Assembly (NCBI GenBank): GCA_043228905.1
Contig: JBHGNT010000004.1
Location: 14,012,001-14,076,000, forward strand
DNA from: Azolla caroliniana
Taxonomy: Eukaryota; Plantae; Polypodiophyta
Length of the DNA stretch: 64,000 nt
Direction: 5' to 3'
Both the position numbers and the translations under genes were made by a program. The notes under the pieces were generated by a model. It saw only the letters and a list, made by a program, of their open reading frames with translations, did not search any database and was not told the DNA's origin. The number at the start of each line of letters is the position of its first letter. Position 1 is the first letter of the stretch. Of the stretch, positions 61,160 through 64,000 are shown piece after piece.

Positions 61160-62339
61160 TAAAGATTATTTCTGGAAAAGAAATAGGATAAGGTCAGAGA
61201 GATAGTCATAACATCATGTTGTGATGTAAACATATCATGGGCAAACATTAATCGATATCATGATCTCATGTCAATACCCCTCTAGACGTATGAGATGAGG
61301 TTCAAGATCAGGTTACTATGGTAACACAAAGGTGTTTTAAAAACCATGGGGGTGACAAATAAATGTCTTTCCCGGATCTCTATATCGATTTTTTCATGGT
61401 GGCTCCCCGAGGCTCAACCATGTATGTTCGCGTCATGAATAGTTTATACGCGAAAAAAATGTTAACAATAAACTACGTTTCGGTGCCCACATATGTGGTT
61501 TCGGCTCTTTAAGTCCTATTACGAGGACCCTGAGGTGCACTTAGACCTTAAGTCTAAACATGTGTTATAGTCATATGTATCAAGGATGTTGTATGGTCTT
61601 GGTCATATTTGAACTCGAGACCTCGAGAACAAATACATTAAACACGAGCCAACCAAGTAAGTTGCTCTTCTCGAATGCTTAATGTTTGATGCGTATAAGA
61701 GATATGCGAGGCAATTGATCATATATGTTTTTTTTTAAAAGAACATATATGTCAAGGGTCCTTATTTCGCCCTCATTTACCAAAACTATGTTGGTACGTT
61801 ACCTAACCTCAAGTCTCGTAATTACGATGGCATACGCCAAAGTGCAACCTAATGGTCAAGCCAAATGAGCCCTCATTTCGTAGTAGGCTCACGTGGGCCA
61901 TCACATGGTCACGTCATTACGAATGCCTCTCGTAAGAACGAGCTCATGGTGGCATCGTATCCATGTAACGAGGGAGGGATGTTGGATACGTGCGTCATTG
62001 GAGCGACCTCACTTGAAGTGGGTCAAGCCCTATGTACTCAACATCATTATGGCTATTGGCGTTTCTTTACGTAACGAAATCGAGGTCATCAATGGGGTTA
62101 TCAACAATAAAAAATTGTTGAAAAAGGGATGGTGACAACGCCACTCTCACAAAAATGTGAGGACGGCCACCAATATCCTTTTCCCGACAAGGACAACTTT
62201 CGATATAATCACGTAATAACGAATATACACATATGTTTACTTATCACATATATACGATCAAATACGTATATATGTGACCACATATGCCTATATTAAACAT
62301 ATCGTTATATTAAATAGCCACAAATGATGTGATCGAGAT

Positions 62340-62600
62340 ACGTAATCGAGGTATATACCTCTACGCACACGAAACATCCAGAAATAAGAGATCATCGTAA
62401 TATGCAATTGAGGTATTGACCTCTTACGCATACGAGACCAACCGCATATCGTTTACAACAAATCAAGGTATTAAACTCATACGCAAATGTAACATATGTT
62501 CGTGAACGTAATACGTAATTGAGGTATTAACCTCGTACGCATACGACGCTCATCACATATTATTAATATGTCAAATGAGGTATTGACCTCGTGCACATAT
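62340..62600. repeat. Array of five GAGGT-N4-ACCTC palindromes in the 5' leader
   Basis: Motifs at 62348, 62410, 62465 (degenerate), 62521 and 62577, spacing 55-62 bp. Confidence 0.8.
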
Positions 62601-64000
62601 GTAAACGTTTTCGATAATCAATTAAAGACCACTACAACATCATTGACTTAATGAAAAAAAATGACATATAAACTAAACACATGATTAGATGGGAGAAGAG
62701 AGAATAGAAAAAAAATTCTGGAAAGAGTTACCGAAGTTCTTTGTTGATCGTTGTCTGGATCAAGGCCGACCGCACATTGATCGATCACCATCAATCAAAC
62801 GACAAATGAAAAACAAAGAAACATTAGTACATAAATCTGATACCAAATATTAGAGATCTAGGTACTAAAGTAAGCTTAAGATAAGGATAAAGTAATGATA
62901 GATAGAAAGGAGAAAGAGAAAGAAGGGTGCCGATCCACCCGACCACCCCCGACCGAAGGGATCGAGAAGGACTCGAGCCTCGATCGGCGTCCCATACCAC
63001 CGCCGTGGCGTTGAGTCGTACCTGGTTCTGGCGCGCTCGCTACAAGGTTGACCCACCACAAGAGCAGAGTCTCGATGTAGTCAAAAGATTATCAAATGAG
63101 GGTAGCTAGGCCTCTTATTTATAGCGATACCCAAGGCCCCCAAGCAAGTTCACACTTGACCAAATGGGTTGTCTCAATCCCGAGGATTAAAAGTAATCCT
63201 CCCCTTCTTTACACTCTCGTTTAACCCTCACACTTATCCACGTGTATAGAATACTACGGTAAATTCTCACCACGGCATATTAAATGGTCATGCCCGTAAC
63301 AAAAATGGAGTTGCTAAGAGAAAAAGCAAAACTTTGGTGAACATAGCAAGGGCATTAATGATAGAGAAAAATATGCCATTGTATTATTGGGCAGAAGCTG
63401 TAAACACGGCAAACTACATTCTAAATAGATGTAAAACATTGAGAGTACATGAAGTAACTCCTGAAGAGTGTTTCTATGGTAGAAAGTCTAGTTTAGAACA
63501 CTTAAAAGTGTTTGGATGCCTTGCATTTGTACATGTACCTGCTGAAGTGAGAAATAAGCTTGATCCAAAAGCTGAAAAACGTATTTTTGTTGGATATTCA
63601 GAAGAGCAAAAAGGGTATAGATGTTATAACCCTCTGACAAAAAAGATCGTGGTAAGTCGGGATGTAATATTTGATGAGTTGGGCAGCTAGTACAACCCAA
63701 AACAGAATGCAGAGATTGATGAAGACAATGAAAATGAAGACAGAGATAAATCTGAAAATGTAAGAGAGAGCCATAGAGATGGAAGCAATGTTGGACAACA
63801 AAGTCCAAAATCAACAGAATGCTCTAGACCATCTAAAAACTTAGGTGGTAAATCTGATTCAAATGCATGGAGTGGAAAACATGCAGGACATAAAAAATAT
63901 GATGATAAAAAGGGAAAACAGAAAATGCCAGAATATGAAATGCTAGATGATGGGTCCAAAAACATGGAAGATGCAAATTCAGATATATCATTGGATGATG

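Larger units (their letters stand above)
60325..63301 (-). mobile_element. LTR-retrotransposon derivative with INVERTED LTRs, a PBS and truncated gag
   Basis: 60325-60783 is the reverse complement of 62844-63301 (~97% by eye). TSD AAAAT (60320-60324, 63302-63306). Minus-strand PBS TGGTATCAGA at 62836-62845. Confidence 0.93.
57891..64000 (+). mobile_element. Copia G (A-rich, degenerate); runs off the window
   Basis: 5' LTR 57891-58305, PBS TGGTATCAGAGC 58306-58317, gag from 58423, CWYCGKPGHTQVEC, WYVDSGASNHM. INT is split at TPQQ/NGVA by an insertion. Confidence 0.92.

Noticed and set aside
61595-61670. Possible third tRNA/SINE-like segment on the minus strand
   Set aside because: Only a weak B-box-like GAGTTCAAAT is present, with no convincing A box.
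62340-62600. CRISPR-like look of palindromic repeats with variable spacers
   Set aside because: Repeats are short and degenerate, spacers are partly homologous, there are no cas genes, and the context is a eukaryotic retroelement.
60325-63301. Mutator/foldback DNA transposon interpretation of the long inverted repeats
   Set aside because: The 5-bp TSD, TG termini, adjacent PBS and gag point to LTR origin; MULEs usually give 9-11-bp TSDs. DIRS elements typically make no TSD, and no tyrosine recombinase is seen.

Overview
I recognise no host gene in this window. It is a deeply nested retrotransposon block, probably from a land plant and possibly a non-seed plant (inference from the element types). 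It contains: an RTEX/Crack-like LINE; Athila/Tat-related (non-chromovirus) Gypsy elements with a ~1000-codon extra ORF; chromovirus-type pol fragments; at least seven Ty1/copia insertions, one fully intact with apparently identical LTRs (22781-28299); solo LTRs; and a tRNA-Trp-primed non-autonomous element. Most boundaries were fixed from TG..CA termini, PBS/PPT and target-site duplications (TSDs). Three observations stand out. (1) Two divergent Gypsy relatives have no polypurine tract. Instead, a copy of the 3' ~31 nt of tRNA-Arg (T-arm to CCA), split by a covarying 13-nt hairpin, sits exactly 2 nt before the 3' LTR. This suggests a second tRNA primes plus-strand synthesis. (2) A 3-kb element has INVERTED LTRs yet a perfect 5-bp TSD (60325-63301). 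(3) The intact Copia looks like a capsid-swap recombinant of two families nested at this same locus. tRNA assignments rely on recalled plant tRNA 3' ends, and all identities were judged by eye; both need computational confirmation.
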